64,000 nt of DNA from an uncultured Chloroflexia bacterium (GCA_963752475.1 CAVVYR010000014.1:98721-162720), one strand, 5' to 3'; numbered from the stretch's first letter, positions 20,706 through 30,824 are shown. Program-made: numbers and translations. Notes: generated by a model from the sequence alone, not told the origin.

Positions 20706-21668
20706 TTGAAGACGACTCGAATCACAGGTCTTGCCGCTGCCGGCGTGCTGGCCGTTACGGCCATCACCCCCGTCGTCGCGCAGGACGAGATGAAGGATCC
20801 CGGCGCTGCCGCGGACAGCAAGCTGTACATGAACATGAAGGGCCCCGGCGCAGGCAACCCCTTCTGGGCCGCCGTCGAGGCCGGCGCGGTCGCCGCCGGC
20901 GAGGACTATGGCGTCGACCTGACCGTGCTGGCACCGCCGACGGAGTCCGATGTGACCGCGCAGATCGCTCAGGTCGAGGACGCGGTGGCGCAGGGTGCGG
21001 CCGGCATCGCCATCGCCCCCACTGACCCCGAGGCCCTGGGCCCGGCGCTCGACGATGCCCTCGCGCAGGACGTGAACATCGTGTTCGTGGATTCCAACGG
21101 GAACAACGAGGGTGTGACCTTCATCGGCACCGACAATCAGGCAGGTGCCGCCATCGCCGGCGAGTACCTGTGCGACAACCTCGAAGAGGGCTCCAAGGTC
21201 GCTCTGCTCCAGGGCATCATCAGCACCACGACCGGCCAGCTGCGTGCCGAGGGTGGCGCTGAGGCGCTCAAGGCCTGTGGCCTCGATCTCGTGGCCGAGC
21301 TGCCCGCTGACTGGGACGTTCAGAGGGGCCAGGCCGTGACCGAGGACATCCTGACCCAGCACCCCGACCTCGCCGGCATCTTCGCGAGCAACGACAACAT
21401 GGCGCTGGGCGCTATCGAGGCGCTCCGGCTGCAGGGCCTCATCGACCAGGTCACCGTGGTCGGCTTCGATGCCAACCCCAACGCAGCTGACTCGATCCTT
21501 GCCGGCGAGATGTCAGCGACCGTCGCCCAGAACCCGTTCAACATGGGCTACTTCGGCGTCGAGAGTCTCATCGCGCTCATCAACGGTGAGATGCTCGACC
21601 CGGTGATCGACACCGGCACCGTGCTCGTCACCGCCGAGAACGCCGCGGAGTTCGCTTCCGGCGAGTGA
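20706..21668 (+). CDS. sugar ABC transporter substrate-binding protein (RbsB family; probably inositol)
   Basis: TTG start after SD GGAGGAGG; signal peptide; 'NPFW', 'IGTDN..G', 'ND.MALGA', 'VGFD', 'TVAQNP'. Confidence 0.9.
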   Translation: MKTTRITGLAAAGVLAVTAITPVVAQDEMKDPGAAADSKLYMNMKGPGAGNPFWAAVEAGAVAAGEDYGVDLTVLAPPTESDVTAQIAQVEDAVAQGAAGIAIAPTDPEALGPALDDALAQDVNIVFVDSNGNNEGVTFIGTDNQAGAAIAGEYLCDNLEEGSKVALLQGIISTTTGQLRAEGGAEALKACGLDLVAELPADWDVQRGQAVTEDILTQHPDLAGIFASNDNMALGAIEALRLQGLIDQVTVVGFDANPNAADSILAGEMSATVAQNPFNMGYFGVESLIALINGEMLDPVIDTGTVLVTAENAAEFASGE

Positions 21669-21681
21669 CCCTAGCGTTTCG

Positions 21682-21718
21682 AGAAGCCGCTCGCGCCCTC
21701 AGAGGCCGGGCGGCTTCT
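21682..21718. terminator. probable bidirectional terminator
   Basis: AGAAGCCGCTCG ... CGGGCGGCTTCT inverted repeat between convergent genes. Confidence 0.7.
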
Positions 21719-21733
21719 TCGTGTCCGGAGGGT

Positions 21734-22627
21734 TCAACGCATGCCCGCGATGCGGGCGAACAGCTGTCCGAACGTGGGCACGGAGTTCATCCCGGGACCC
21801 TCGACCAGCAGGCTCGAGGCCGTCGCACCCATGAAGATGTCGCGGCCCAGCTTCTGACCTTCATCACCAGCCACGAGGCGGGCTGCCACGAGACCTGCCA
21901 GCATCGTGTCGCCTGCACCAGTGGGATCGATCTCCTCGATGGAGGGGACACTTGGGTACGCGCGAGCCTGCACGATGCGCCCGCCTCGCATACGCAGCAT
22001 CAGGCCGCCGACGAGGCCGGCTGTGAGCAGGACATCGCATTCCTCTCCGACCCACGCGCCGACGTCGCGCAAGGAGAGATCGCTGGGCACGTCATGGCGG
22101 CTGAAGGCAAGGATGTCTGCACGCTCCAGGAACGGCGAGGGGCCGGGTGCCTTCGGTGTCACCCGCTCCCCGGGCGCGAGATCACGCAGGATGCCCTGCC
22201 AGGCGAAGGCGACGCAGGCCGAGGACGTAGGCACGTCGACCCAGTCGTCGTGGATCTCAGAGGCGATGGGTGCGAAGACGAACGCGGGCGCTTTCTCCCA
22301 GCCGTCGGGCAGCGCCTCCATGGGCACGGGATCGCTAAGCGAGCCACAGGTCTGGATGCGACCAGCAAGGGTCTCGACGTTGGTGAAGACCGGCCCGTTC
22401 GCGAGCGGCACCTCGATGATCTCCGCACCGGCATCGCGGATGAGATCGAGCTCGCGCGCGGTCGCCGCCTGCTCATCGACACCCAGGACCAAACCGGTCC
22501 GTAGTCCCAGCCGTGCCAGGGCCAGGGCTCCGAACGTGACGCCACCGCCCAGCATCCAGCCGCGCGGGTCCTCATCGCTGAGGTCTCGCGTGGCGGAGCC
22601 GACCACGACCACGTCAGGTACCTGCAT
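21734..22627 (-). CDS. PfkB/ribokinase-family carbohydrate kinase
   Basis: N-terminal 'VVGSATRD...LGGG', C-terminal DPTGAGD. Confidence 0.85.
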   Translation of the reverse strand: MQVPDVVVVGSATRDLSDEDPRGWMLGGGVTFGALALARLGLRTGLVLGVDEQAATARELDLIRDAGAEIIEVPLANGPVFTNVETLAGRIQTCGSLSDPVPMEALPDGWEKAPAFVFAPIASEIHDDWVDVPTSSACVAFAWQGILRDLAPGERVTPKAPGPSPFLERADILAFSRHDVPSDLSLRDVGAWVGEECDVLLTAGLVGGLMLRMRGGRIVQARAYPSVPSIEEIDPTGAGDTMLAGLVAARLVAGDEGQKLGRDIFMGATASSLLVEGPGMNSVPTFGQLFARIAGMR

Positions 22628-22706
22628 CGCGCCTCACTCCACTGTCCACCCGGTCGGTCCCACGGCCGGGCACGTGAGTCAGAAGCCTATACTCGGTCCT
22701 GTGACT

Positions 22707-23132
22707 ATGCGCGACGGGGATGCACCCCCCTACTACTTCTACGAGCTCCACGAAAGCGACACCGACCTGTTCGCCGACGTGCTCCTGGCCCACGCCACCG
22801 AGTACGACGAGGCCGAGTTCCTCGAGCTGGTCCTCGAGGCGAGGAAGAAGGTGCTCGACGAGTTCGAGACCGACTCGCTCATCGAGGGCGTGGCAACCGA
22901 GCTCGCCGAACAGGCCGGCTTCCTCATCATCGATGACTCGCAGCTGCGCGTGGCCGTGAACGTCTCGTCCGAGGAGGACGGCACGTTCGTGGCCGATGTC
23001 GACGAGACCGCCCGGGTCGGCGGCGGTCGCTCGGACGACTTGCGCACGATGCTCGTGGACGTCGAACCCGACGATGCCGCCTGGGGCCTGCCCGACGGCA
23101 CTCGCGTGAAGGACGACCGACTCGACGACTAG
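22707..23132 (+). CDS. acidic hypothetical protein (141 aa)
   Basis: Coding-like codon use only from 22707; TATACT at 22688-22693. Confidence 0.7.
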   Translation: MRDGDAPPYYFYELHESDTDLFADVLLAHATEYDEAEFLELVLEARKKVLDEFETDSLIEGVATELAEQAGFLIIDDSQLRVAVNVSSEEDGTFVADVDETARVGGGRSDDLRTMLVDVEPDDAAWGLPDGTRVKDDRLDD

Positions 23133-23150
23133 TTCCGGCGCTCGGCAGCG

Positions 23151-24251
23151 TCAGACGTTGAAGAGGACCTCGATGACGTCGCCGTCCTGGACCTCGTAGG
23201 TCTTGCCCTCGGAACGGACCAGCCCCACCTTCTTGGCCTCGGCCATGGAACCGAGCTCGAGGAGTTGCTCCCAACCGATGACCTCGGCGCGGATGAAGCC
23301 ACGCGCCAGGTCGCTGTGGATGGTCCCGGCCGCCTCGACCGCATCGGAGCCGCGCTTGATGGTCCAGGCGCGCGTCTCGTCTTCACCGGCGGTGAAGAAG
23401 CTGACCAGCCCCAGCAGGTGATAGCTGGCGCGGATGACACGAACCATGCTCGAGCCCTCGAGCCCGAGATCGTCCCGGAAGATGGCCGCCTCCTCCTCGT
23501 CCAGCTGGCCGATCTCCATCTCGATCTGGGCCGACATCTGCGCGACCTCTGTCTGGGCATGACCGATCTGTCCCTCGACCTCGGTGACCAGCTCGTCGGC
23601 TCGGGAGAGGTCGGACTCGCCCACATTCAGGAGCACGAGCACCGGCTTCTCGGTCAGGAAGCGGAAGCCGCGGATCCGATGTGACTCATCGGCGTCGAGC
23701 TCGACATCCCGGATGGGCGTGCCGTCGGTCAGGGCCGGGAGGAGCTTGCGCAGCACGATCTCCTCGCGCTCGTTGGCCTCCTTCTCTGCCGCCGTGCCGC
23801 TGCGACCGGAGTTCTTGAGGCGCTCCAGCCGCTTCTCGACCACCGAGAGATCGGCCAGGGTGAACTCCAGCTCGAGCTGCTCGATGTCACGCACGGGGTC
23901 GATCGAGAGCAGCGGGTGCGGCACCGCGTCGCTCTCGAACACGCGCACCACATGGAGCATGGCGTCGGCGTTGCGCAGGCGGGCCAGCTGGTCGGCCGGG
24001 ATGTCCGCATGGGGCTCGCCCTCGGCGGTGGTGGCAGGCGCCGGCAGGTCGACGTAGGTGACGTCCGCCGGGACCTCCTTCCTGGGCTTGAAGAGCTCGG
24101 TCAGCTTCGTCAGCCGCTCGTCGGGCACCTTGACCACGCCGGTGTTGACGGTGAGCCCGCCGAACCCGCCGGTCTCGGCGTCGCCCTTGGTGAGTGAGTT
24201 GAAGACGGTCGTCTTGCCTGAGCGTGCGAGGCCGACGATGGCGATCTGCAT
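23151..24251 (-). CDS. ychF: redox-regulated ATPase YchF
   Basis: GLARSGKTT, 'VKVPDERL', NVGE G4 motif, 'FFTAG..E.RAWTI', 'AAGTIHSDLARGFIRAEV', TGS end 'EGKTYEVQDGDVI'. Confidence 0.93.
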   Translation of the reverse strand: MQIAIVGLARSGKTTVFNSLTKGDAETGGFGGLTVNTGVVKVPDERLTKLTELFKPRKEVPADVTYVDLPAPATTAEGEPHADIPADQLARLRNADAMLHVVRVFESDAVPHPLLSIDPVRDIEQLELEFTLADLSVVEKRLERLKNSGRSGTAAEKEANEREEIVLRKLLPALTDGTPIRDVELDADESHRIRGFRFLTEKPVLVLLNVGESDLSRADELVTEVEGQIGHAQTEVAQMSAQIEMEIGQLDEEEAAIFRDDLGLEGSSMVRVIRASYHLLGLVSFFTAGEDETRAWTIKRGSDAVEAAGTIHSDLARGFIRAEVIGWEQLLELGSMAEAKKVGLVRSEGKTYEVQDGDVIEVLFNV

Positions 24252-24256
24252 GTGCG

Positions 24257-25276
24257 TTAGTACCCTGCCTCCGGGTCCACGAGGTTGAGCATCTCGCGGC
24301 CGTCCCGGTAGCGCACGAGGTTGTCACAGAAGAGCTCGATGCTGCGATCGAGCACGCGGCCGCTGGACCACGAGGTATGCGGCGTGATGATGAGTCCGGG
24401 GGCGTCCCACAGCGGCGAGCTGGCTGGCAGCGGTTCCTCCCAGATGGTGTCGAGGATGGCGCCCTCGATGGGGCCGTCACGCAAGGCTCGCAGCAACGCT
24501 CGCTGGTCGACGAGCCGGCCGCGGGCGACGTTGATGAGCCACGAGCCCTGCTTCATCTGGGCCAGGCGCGGGCCGTTCATGAGCTTGTCCGTCGCCGCCG
24601 TCAGTGGCACCGCCAGGACGACGAAATCCGACTCGGCCAACAGCTCTGGCAGCTGGTCGTGGTCGAGGATGCGGTCCATGCCGTCGGGCATGGGCTCGGT
24701 GAAGTCCTTGCGCACGTCCGGCTCCTTGCGCGTGCCGATGACCCGAGCACCGAAGGAGAGCGCGAGCCGTGCGACGTTGCGCCCGATGGAGCCGAGGCCC
24801 ACGACGCCGATCGTCACCTGTCGCATCTCGCGTGCCGGCAGCGGCTGCCAGGTGCGCTCGCCCTGGAGCTCGTAGAGCTCGGGCAGTCGGCGCAGGACCG
24901 AGAGGATCATCATCATCGTGTACTCGGCGATGGGCTCGCTGAAGACGCCGCGGGCGTTGGTGATCATCAGGCCGCGAGTCTCGGCATCGGCGGTCAGTAC
25001 TCGCTCGACGCCGGCGGTCGCGGAGTGCACCCAACGCAGGTTGGGGCAGCGGGCCAGCAGTCGATCGAAGTTGCCACTGGGCATGGGCCCGCGCAACAGC
25101 ACCTCGACCTCGTCGAGGGGCGAATCAGAGAGGCCCTCGAGGGACACGTCGACCAGCCGCGCGCCTGGCGCCGCCGCACGGATACGCGCCAAGTCGGCCT
25201 CGCGGTAGCGTGCCGAGAGGATGGGCGTCAGCGCGATAGCCGCTGGCTCTCGTCCGTCGCGCGGCACGTCGGTCAT
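24257..25276 (-). CDS. D-isomer-specific 2-hydroxyacid dehydrogenase
   Basis: GVVGLGSIG, INVARG, D..WEEPLP, ITPH; start reassigned to the ATG at 25276. Confidence 0.9.
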   Translation of the reverse strand: MTDVPRDGREPAAIALTPILSARYREADLARIRAAAPGARLVDVSLEGLSDSPLDEVEVLLRGPMPSGNFDRLLARCPNLRWVHSATAGVERVLTADAETRGLMITNARGVFSEPIAEYTMMMILSVLRRLPELYELQGERTWQPLPAREMRQVTIGVVGLGSIGRNVARLALSFGARVIGTRKEPDVRKDFTEPMPDGMDRILDHDQLPELLAESDFVVLAVPLTAATDKLMNGPRLAQMKQGSWLINVARGRLVDQRALLRALRDGPIEGAILDTIWEEPLPASSPLWDAPGLIITPHTSWSSGRVLDRSIELFCDNLVRYRDGREMLNLVDPEAGY

Positions 25277-26478
25277 GTAGCTCCCCCTGGTTCGATGGCT
25301 TCCGGGACGACGCGTCGTACCCACATCGCCGGATCGTCCATCTCCTGCTCGTCCGGTAGTGTCTCAGGGCCGTCCCACAAGTGGTCGATGGCAACGGCTC
25401 CGCCGACACGATAGACGCCCGAGACGAATCGTTCGCCCCGACGGTACTGCTCGAGCTTCATGTCCATGCCGGTGAGGCGTGCCATGAGCCGGTCGATGGC
25501 CCGCCGGCGCTGTCCGCGACGAGCCTCGAAACGGCGGCGGATGCCGGGGATGCCTGGCAACACCTCTGCACCCACGTCGTCCATGACCCAGTCGCTGAAG
25601 CCCTCGAGCAGGCTCATCACCAGCTGGGTCTCCTTGAACAGCCTGCGCTGCTCAGGTCCCAGGAACCCACGGATCGAGCCCTCGGCCGCGGCGCTGCGCC
25701 AGCGGCGAGCGAGGTGAACCACGCCGTGACGCCGCAGGCGGCCGGTCTCGCGAACGAAGAGGGCGACCTGTCGCTCCATGCGCTCGCGCAGGTACGGCCG
25801 CAACCAGGGATGGGCCTCGAACTCGAAAGCGTGCGTCGTCTCGTGCAGTGCGACCCACAGGCGGAAGTCGTCGAGCGGCACGTCCACCGCGTGCGCCGTG
25901 GCCCGGATGTTCTCCTCCACGTAGAGCAGACGACCGGGTTCCTGTTCCGCGGAGAGCATGGCCACGTCGTACTGACCCAGCACGCGCGAACCCAGGTACC
26001 CCAGCAGGAAGCCCACCTGGCCGGTGGTCACAAGGCGGTTCGTGGCGGCGGCGACTCCGGCACCCAGGCTGTCTTCGCGCAGGCGTGGCGCGAGGTGCGG
26101 CTCGAGATGACCGATGAGGGCCTTGAACGTGACCATGTTGGCCGCGGCCCACTGACTCCGACTCACGACCGCGTGCCGCTCCACCACGCCGGGCAGCTCG
26201 GCGCCCAGTCGCTCCTCGAGCAGGGGTACCACCTTGTCCATATGGCGCCCGTACGCCGGCTCGGTCGCACGCAGTTGCGCCGGCGTCAGATGGCCCGGGG
26301 CGTTGCGCAGGCGTCGACGGGCGATGCGTTCGGCGCGATCCCAGTCGACGAGACCGCTGGGCGCCCTGACCGTCGCGCGCGTGGCGATGGCGCGGGCGGT
26401 GACGCCGAGGCCGATGGCCACCCCGATACGCAGAGCGCGACTCGAGCCGAGCCGTCTGGCGGTGGTGGCGAGCGTCAC
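25273..26478 (-). CDS. zinc-dependent metalloprotease (zincin-like, DUF2342-type)
   Basis: 'VLGQYD', HETTH motif, 'MSLLEG', 'K.EQY..GE.FV', 'PETLP..E...P..W'. Confidence 0.85.
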   Translation of the reverse strand: MTLATTARRLGSSRALRIGVAIGLGVTARAIATRATVRAPSGLVDWDRAERIARRRLRNAPGHLTPAQLRATEPAYGRHMDKVVPLLEERLGAELPGVVERHAVVSRSQWAAANMVTFKALIGHLEPHLAPRLREDSLGAGVAAATNRLVTTGQVGFLLGYLGSRVLGQYDVAMLSAEQEPGRLLYVEENIRATAHAVDVPLDDFRLWVALHETTHAFEFEAHPWLRPYLRERMERQVALFVRETGRLRRHGVVHLARRWRSAAAEGSIRGFLGPEQRRLFKETQLVMSLLEGFSDWVMDDVGAEVLPGIPGIRRRFEARRGQRRRAIDRLMARLTGMDMKLEQYRRGERFVSGVYRVGGAVAIDHLWDGPETLPDEQEMDDPAMWVRRVVPEAIEPGGAT

Positions 26479-27356
26479 CCCGTGCCCCCTGCTGTGGCCG
26501 TGGCGCCGCCCAGCACGAGGGGCTCGATGTGGCCCAGGCCGGGGCCGAAGAGCCGGGTGGCCGTCTCCTCGAAGGCGGCGACGTCACCGGTGGTCAGCAT
26601 CAGGTGCGTGCCGGGTGTGAACTCGGGCGTACCCAGATCGTGGACCTCGATAAGGCTCGCGAGGGCGCTGGCCGTCGCCGTTGCCGAGTCGATGACGGCC
26701 GTACCCTCCCCGACGATGGCGCGGATGGCAGCACTCAGCAGCGGGTAATGCGTACAGCCCAGGAGCAGGGTGTCGATGTGGGCATCGGGCGGCTTGGGGA
26801 AGACGAAGGACGGATCGGCCTCGACGACGTCGCCAAGCAGCGGCGCCAGCGAGCGACGGATGGCGGCGTCCACCTCCGCACCATGGAGCTTGCCGGCCTC
26901 GACCAGGGGAACCAGCTCGGGTGTCGGGTGTTCGAAGACCTCCACGAACGGATCCTCTTCGTTGATGGCCTCGAAGTAGGCGTGCGAGCGGACGGTGGCC
27001 GGTGTGGCGATGACGCCCACAGCGCGAGTCCTGGTGGCCAGCACCGCGGCGGTCGCGCCCGGTCGCACCACGCCCAGGATGGGCAGCGCATAGCGGCGGC
27101 GCAACAGCGGGAGGGCCACGGCCGTGGAGGTGTTGCAAGCCACGATGATGGCTTTGACATCACGCTCGGTGAGCTCGTCGAGGCACTCGATGCTGAAGCG
27201 GACGACCTCGTCATCGGGACGTGGGCCGTACGGTGTGCGCTCGTTGTCTCCAAGATAGACGGTGTCCTCCGCGGGCAAGCGGCGGATGACCTCGCGCAGG
27301 ACGGTGAGGCCCCCGACCCCCGAGTCGAAGAAACCGATGGGCCTCGGATCACCCAT
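26475..27356 (-). CDS. murI: glutamate racemase
   Basis: FDSGVGGLTV, PYG, ACNT, LGCTHYP. Confidence 0.97.
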   Translation of the reverse strand: MGDPRPIGFFDSGVGGLTVLREVIRRLPAEDTVYLGDNERTPYGPRPDDEVVRFSIECLDELTERDVKAIIVACNTSTAVALPLLRRRYALPILGVVRPGATAAVLATRTRAVGVIATPATVRSHAYFEAINEEDPFVEVFEHPTPELVPLVEAGKLHGAEVDAAIRRSLAPLLGDVVEADPSFVFPKPPDAHIDTLLLGCTHYPLLSAAIRAIVGEGTAVIDSATATASALASLIEVHDLGTPEFTPGTHLMLTTGDVAAFEETATRLFGPGLGHIEPLVLGGATATAGGTG

Positions 27357-27361
27357 CGAGG

Positions 27362-28546
27362 TCAGCGGGTCGTCTGGGCCACGGGCGGCGCGGCTGCCGC
27401 TCCGCCTCCGGCTCCGGCCGGATCGGGCTGCGCGGTCAGTCGTTGCACGACCTCCATGATCGCCTGGCTGGCCTTGGCCTTCGGCTGCGCCAGCACGAAG
27501 GGCACGCCTTCGGCCGAGGTGGCCTTGATCAGCTGCTGGTCGTCGGGGATGGCGACGTCCGGCAGGCGACCGAGTTCGGCGGCCATCTGCTCCGGCTTGA
27601 TCCCGGGGCTGCCGGCGCGGTTCATCACCAGCATCATCTTGTCCGGCGGCATGCCGGCGGCGACGAAGGACTGCCCGGCCAAGCGCGCGGTGCGGACCGA
27701 GTTGCGGTCCGGCGTGATGACGCTGAGGATGCTGTCGGCGTCATCGAGGTAGGCCAGCGTGGTATCGGTCACGGCCGGCGGGGAATCGATGACCACGACG
27801 TTGTAGATGCGGCGCAAGAGGGAGATGACCTTCTCCACGTCGCGGCTGGTGATCATCTCGGCCTGCTCCACACGCGGGGGTGCCAGCAGCAGGTCGATGC
27901 CGGACGGGTCGCGCCACAGCACCGAGGCCAGGTCGCTCTCGGCGATGCGATCGGTGGGCAGCTGCAGGATCGAAGGTGCCGTGTCGGGCACGCGCAACAG
28001 GCCACGCAGATCGCTGAACTGGAGGTCGCCATCGATGAGCACCACGCGCACGCCGGGCATCTGGCCGAAGGCGACGGCGGTGTTGTAGGCGATGGTGGTA
28101 CGACCGACGCCACCCTTGCCCGAGTAGACGACGTACGAGCGCGACATGGCACTGGGCGCGGTCGCGCGATACTGGGCGCTCGAGCGGTTGAGCGCGTTCA
28201 TCAGCTCGTAGCCTGAGAACGGCATCGAGAGCACTTCGGTGATGCCCATGCCTTCACCGGCTTTCACCGGCTTCTGTGGCACGGTCACGATGATGATGGG
28301 GATGCGAATGCCAGCCGAGCGGACCTGCTCGGCGACCTCGAGGCCATTGACCTTGCCCTGGAGGAGTGCGTCGACCATGAGCGCGTCGGGGCGCAGCTCG
28401 CGGATCTGGTCCATCACCATCCGGCCGTCGGTGACGGTATCGAGGAGGCGGACCTGCTTCTGATGCTGCAGGAGATTGCGGACGTATTGCGAGACCTGCT
28501 GGACGTCTTCGACGAGTAGCAGGCGAATCTGTTCGTCGGTAGCCAC
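27362..28546 (-). CDS. receiver domain plus MinD/ParA-like ATPase (CpaE/TadZ-like)
   Basis: N-terminal REC-like domain; 'SGKGGVGRTT', 'LIDGDLQF', 'LLLAPP', 'VIDSP', 'MNR'; GTG start 6 nt after TATAGT. Confidence 0.8.
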   Translation of the reverse strand: MATDEQIRLLLVEDVQQVSQYVRNLLQHQKQVRLLDTVTDGRMVMDQIRELRPDALMVDALLQGKVNGLEVAEQVRSAGIRIPIIIVTVPQKPVKAGEGMGITEVLSMPFSGYELMNALNRSSAQYRATAPSAMSRSYVVYSGKGGVGRTTIAYNTAVAFGQMPGVRVVLIDGDLQFSDLRGLLRVPDTAPSILQLPTDRIAESDLASVLWRDPSGIDLLLAPPRVEQAEMITSRDVEKVISLLRRIYNVVVIDSPPAVTDTTLAYLDDADSILSVITPDRNSVRTARLAGQSFVAAGMPPDKMMLVMNRAGSPGIKPEQMAAELGRLPDVAIPDDQQLIKATSAEGVPFVLAQPKAKASQAIMEVVQRLTAQPDPAGAGGGAAAAPPVAQTTR

Positions 28547-28553
28547 CGCGGGA

Positions 28554-29348
28554 CTATACCAACCGCGCCACAAGGATGACCCGGTGACTTGAGGGGCCGT
28601 GGGGGGTGGATAGATGGTCACCCCACAGGTCCACCCTCCCGAACCCGGCTTCCTGGGCCAATCCGCGGAGGTGTTCGGCGCTCACGAGATGGATCCGATC
28701 CTGGTGTGTGACGCGTGACAGCGGTCCGCCGTTGGGCGGGGTCCACTCATAGATCTGGGTCAGCAGCACCGAGTCGTCCGAGGCGTCGTGCATGGCGCTG
28801 ATGGACTTGCTCACCTCTTCGCCGCTCTTGGGGTCGATGCGCAGCCACTCATGCTGCCGACGGCCGTCGAAGCGCTCGAGCTCCGCCCGGTCGGGCGTGC
28901 CGACCTCCACCACGGCGATGCCTCCATCGCGCAGGCACCTGCGCATCACGCCCAGGATGGCCAGGCGGGCACCATCGTCCTCGGCGAGCAGGAAGGTGTT
29001 GACCGCGATCAGCGCCAGGCCGAAACGCGGCTCTGGCTTCAGATCGAAGAAGTCGCCGGGCTCGAGCCTCAGTCGTCCGGAGTCGAGGGTGCCCCTGGTC
29101 TCCTCCCACCTGCGCCGTCCGCATTCGAGCATGGCCTCGTCGTTGTCGATGCCCAGCACCTGGTGGCCCGCGAGCGCCAGCGGGATGGCGATGCGGCCGC
29201 TGCCGACGCCCAGCTCGAGGACCGGGTCACCGCCCTCCTGTGCCAGCTGCTGGTAGAGCTCGGCGTCGTAGTGCACGTCGAGGAAGTCAAGGTCGTAGTA
29301 GCGCGCGAGCCGTGCATCGCGCTCGTCGCTGGCGAGCCCGTCGGTCAT
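28554..29348 (-). CDS. class I SAM-dependent methyltransferase
   Basis: 'ARYYD', 'VLELGVGSGR', 'GID...ML'. Confidence 0.9.
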   Translation of the reverse strand: MTDGLASDERDARLARYYDLDFLDVHYDAELYQQLAQEGGDPVLELGVGSGRIAIPLALAGHQVLGIDNDEAMLECGRRRWEETRGTLDSGRLRLEPGDFFDLKPEPRFGLALIAVNTFLLAEDDGARLAILGVMRRCLRDGGIAVVEVGTPDRAELERFDGRRQHEWLRIDPKSGEEVSKSISAMHDASDDSVLLTQIYEWTPPNGGPLSRVTHQDRIHLVSAEHLRGLAQEAGFGRVDLWGDHLSTPHGPSSHRVILVARLV

Positions 29349-30388
29349 GCGGGTTCGAAGCGCACTGGCTCCCCTGCCCGCTTGCGGACTGCGAGGGCGC
29401 TGAGCGCCTCCATGATCACCCGGTGCGCCGCCATCGACGTGACCTCGGCATGGTCGAACGGTGGGGCCACCTCGACCACGTCCATGGCCGCGAGCCGGAC
29501 ACTGCCGACGATGCGTCGCACCGCACGCAGCAGCTCGCGAGTGAGCATGCCCCCGGGCTCGGGGGTGCCGGTGCCCGGGGCCATGCCGGGATCCAGCACG
29601 TCGATGTCGACCGAGAGGTAGACCAGTTCAGGACCGTCGAGCGCCTCCGAGATGGCATCGTCGACGACGGCCTCTGCACCTCGCTCCTCGATCTCACGCA
29701 TGAGGTGCCAACGCATACCCTGCTCGCGCATCCAGTCGAGCACGTCCTGCGGCGGCCAGTAGCCGCGCAGCCCCACCTGCACGAAGTTGCGGCCGGCCAC
29801 GGCGCCCGAGTCGATCAGCCGGCGCATGGGAGTGCCATGGCCCGCGAGCACGCCCCACGAGCTGTTGGCCGCATCGGCGTGTGCATCGAAGTGAACGATG
29901 CCGATCGAGCGCGGCGCATGCATCTGCGCGATGGCACTGGCGGACGGCCAGGTGATGGAGTGATCGCCGCCGATGACGATGGGCACCGCCCCGGACCCCG
30001 CGACCTCCAATACCTTCTCGAAGATCATGGCGTGGCCCCGGTCGAGCCAGGCAGGTACGACGTCTGCGTCGCCGGCGTCGACCACGTCGAGGTATTCCCA
30101 GACGTCGATGTCGAGCTGCAAGGACTGGGCGCCGACCTGGTAGGTGCCCGCCCGCACGGCCCGCGGCCCGAACCGCGCGCCGCCTCGGTGTGAGACGGCG
30201 TCATCGAACGGCGCACCGAGGATGGCCGCGTCGGGGGCTCGCTCCTGCAAGGCCCGCGCGTCCTCGATCGAGGGGCGCTTGCCGAAGGTGGTGGAGCCGA
30301 CGTAGACCGGGCGATCCTCATCGCCATAGCGCGGGTAGTCGCCATCCCAGCCGTTGAGGGCCCTGAAGTCCGTGCGCTCGTCGCTCAT
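29345..30388 (-). CDS. agmatinase-like ureohydrolase (arginase family)
   Basis: GARFGP, GGDHS, HFDAHAD, HGT, SVDIDVLDP, PGTGTPEPGG, VEVAP; start reassigned to the ATG at 30388. Confidence 0.9.
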   Translation of the reverse strand: MSDERTDFRALNGWDGDYPRYGDEDRPVYVGSTTFGKRPSIEDARALQERAPDAAILGAPFDDAVSHRGGARFGPRAVRAGTYQVGAQSLQLDIDVWEYLDVVDAGDADVVPAWLDRGHAMIFEKVLEVAGSGAVPIVIGGDHSITWPSASAIAQMHAPRSIGIVHFDAHADAANSSWGVLAGHGTPMRRLIDSGAVAGRNFVQVGLRGYWPPQDVLDWMREQGMRWHLMREIEERGAEAVVDDAISEALDGPELVYLSVDIDVLDPGMAPGTGTPEPGGMLTRELLRAVRRIVGSVRLAAMDVVEVAPPFDHAEVTSMAAHRVIMEALSALAVRKRAGEPVRFEPA

Positions 30389-30444
30389 GTCTTCGGTTCC
30401 ATCGTGCGTCCATCGTGCCACGCGCGAGCGAGCCCCACCCGGCC

Positions 30445-30801
30445 TCAGCGTCGGAGGCTGACGGCCAGCTCGATGACGACGGCCGCGACGACCACGAAGA
30501 GGACGACCACGGAGCTCACGACATCGATGGCACGCAAGATCACGAGGATGGTCACGACCGATCCTGCGAGGAAGCTGCGCCGTGCCGACGTGGCCAGGCC
30601 GCCGGGACGATGGCGGATGGCCGACCACAGCAGCGGCCACATGGTCAGCGCCACGGCCGCACCGAACACGACCGCCCCCAGGAGCTGGGCGCCGGCATCG
30701 TTCTCCGGCGAGATGAAGGCCAGCACGAAGGCGACCACGAACCAGGCCGCGATGGCGGCGGCGACGAGGATGGTCGTGATCGTGCGTTCCGTGACTGACA
30801 C
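30445..30801 (-). CDS. small 4-TM membrane protein, hypothetical
   Basis: Four hydrophobic segments; GTG start 7 nt after TACACT. Confidence 0.7.
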   Translation of the reverse strand: MSVTERTITTILVAAAIAAWFVVAFVLAFISPENDAGAQLLGAVVFGAAVALTMWPLLWSAIRHRPGGLATSARRSFLAGSVVTILVILRAIDVVSSVVVLFVVVAAVVIELAVSLRR

Positions 30802-30824
30802 CGCGCGGAGTGTAGCCCTGTGGC

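Noticed and set aside
20644-20709. uORF ending on the SBP start codon
   Set aside because: SD-to-GTG spacing is only about 1 nt and codon use is not coding-like.
21734-22627. PfkB kinase as iolC
   Set aside because: It converges on the iol transporter beyond a terminator, has its own promoter region, and lacks the IolC-like N-terminal GR..xDLY motif. Not called, though a moonlighting role is not excluded.
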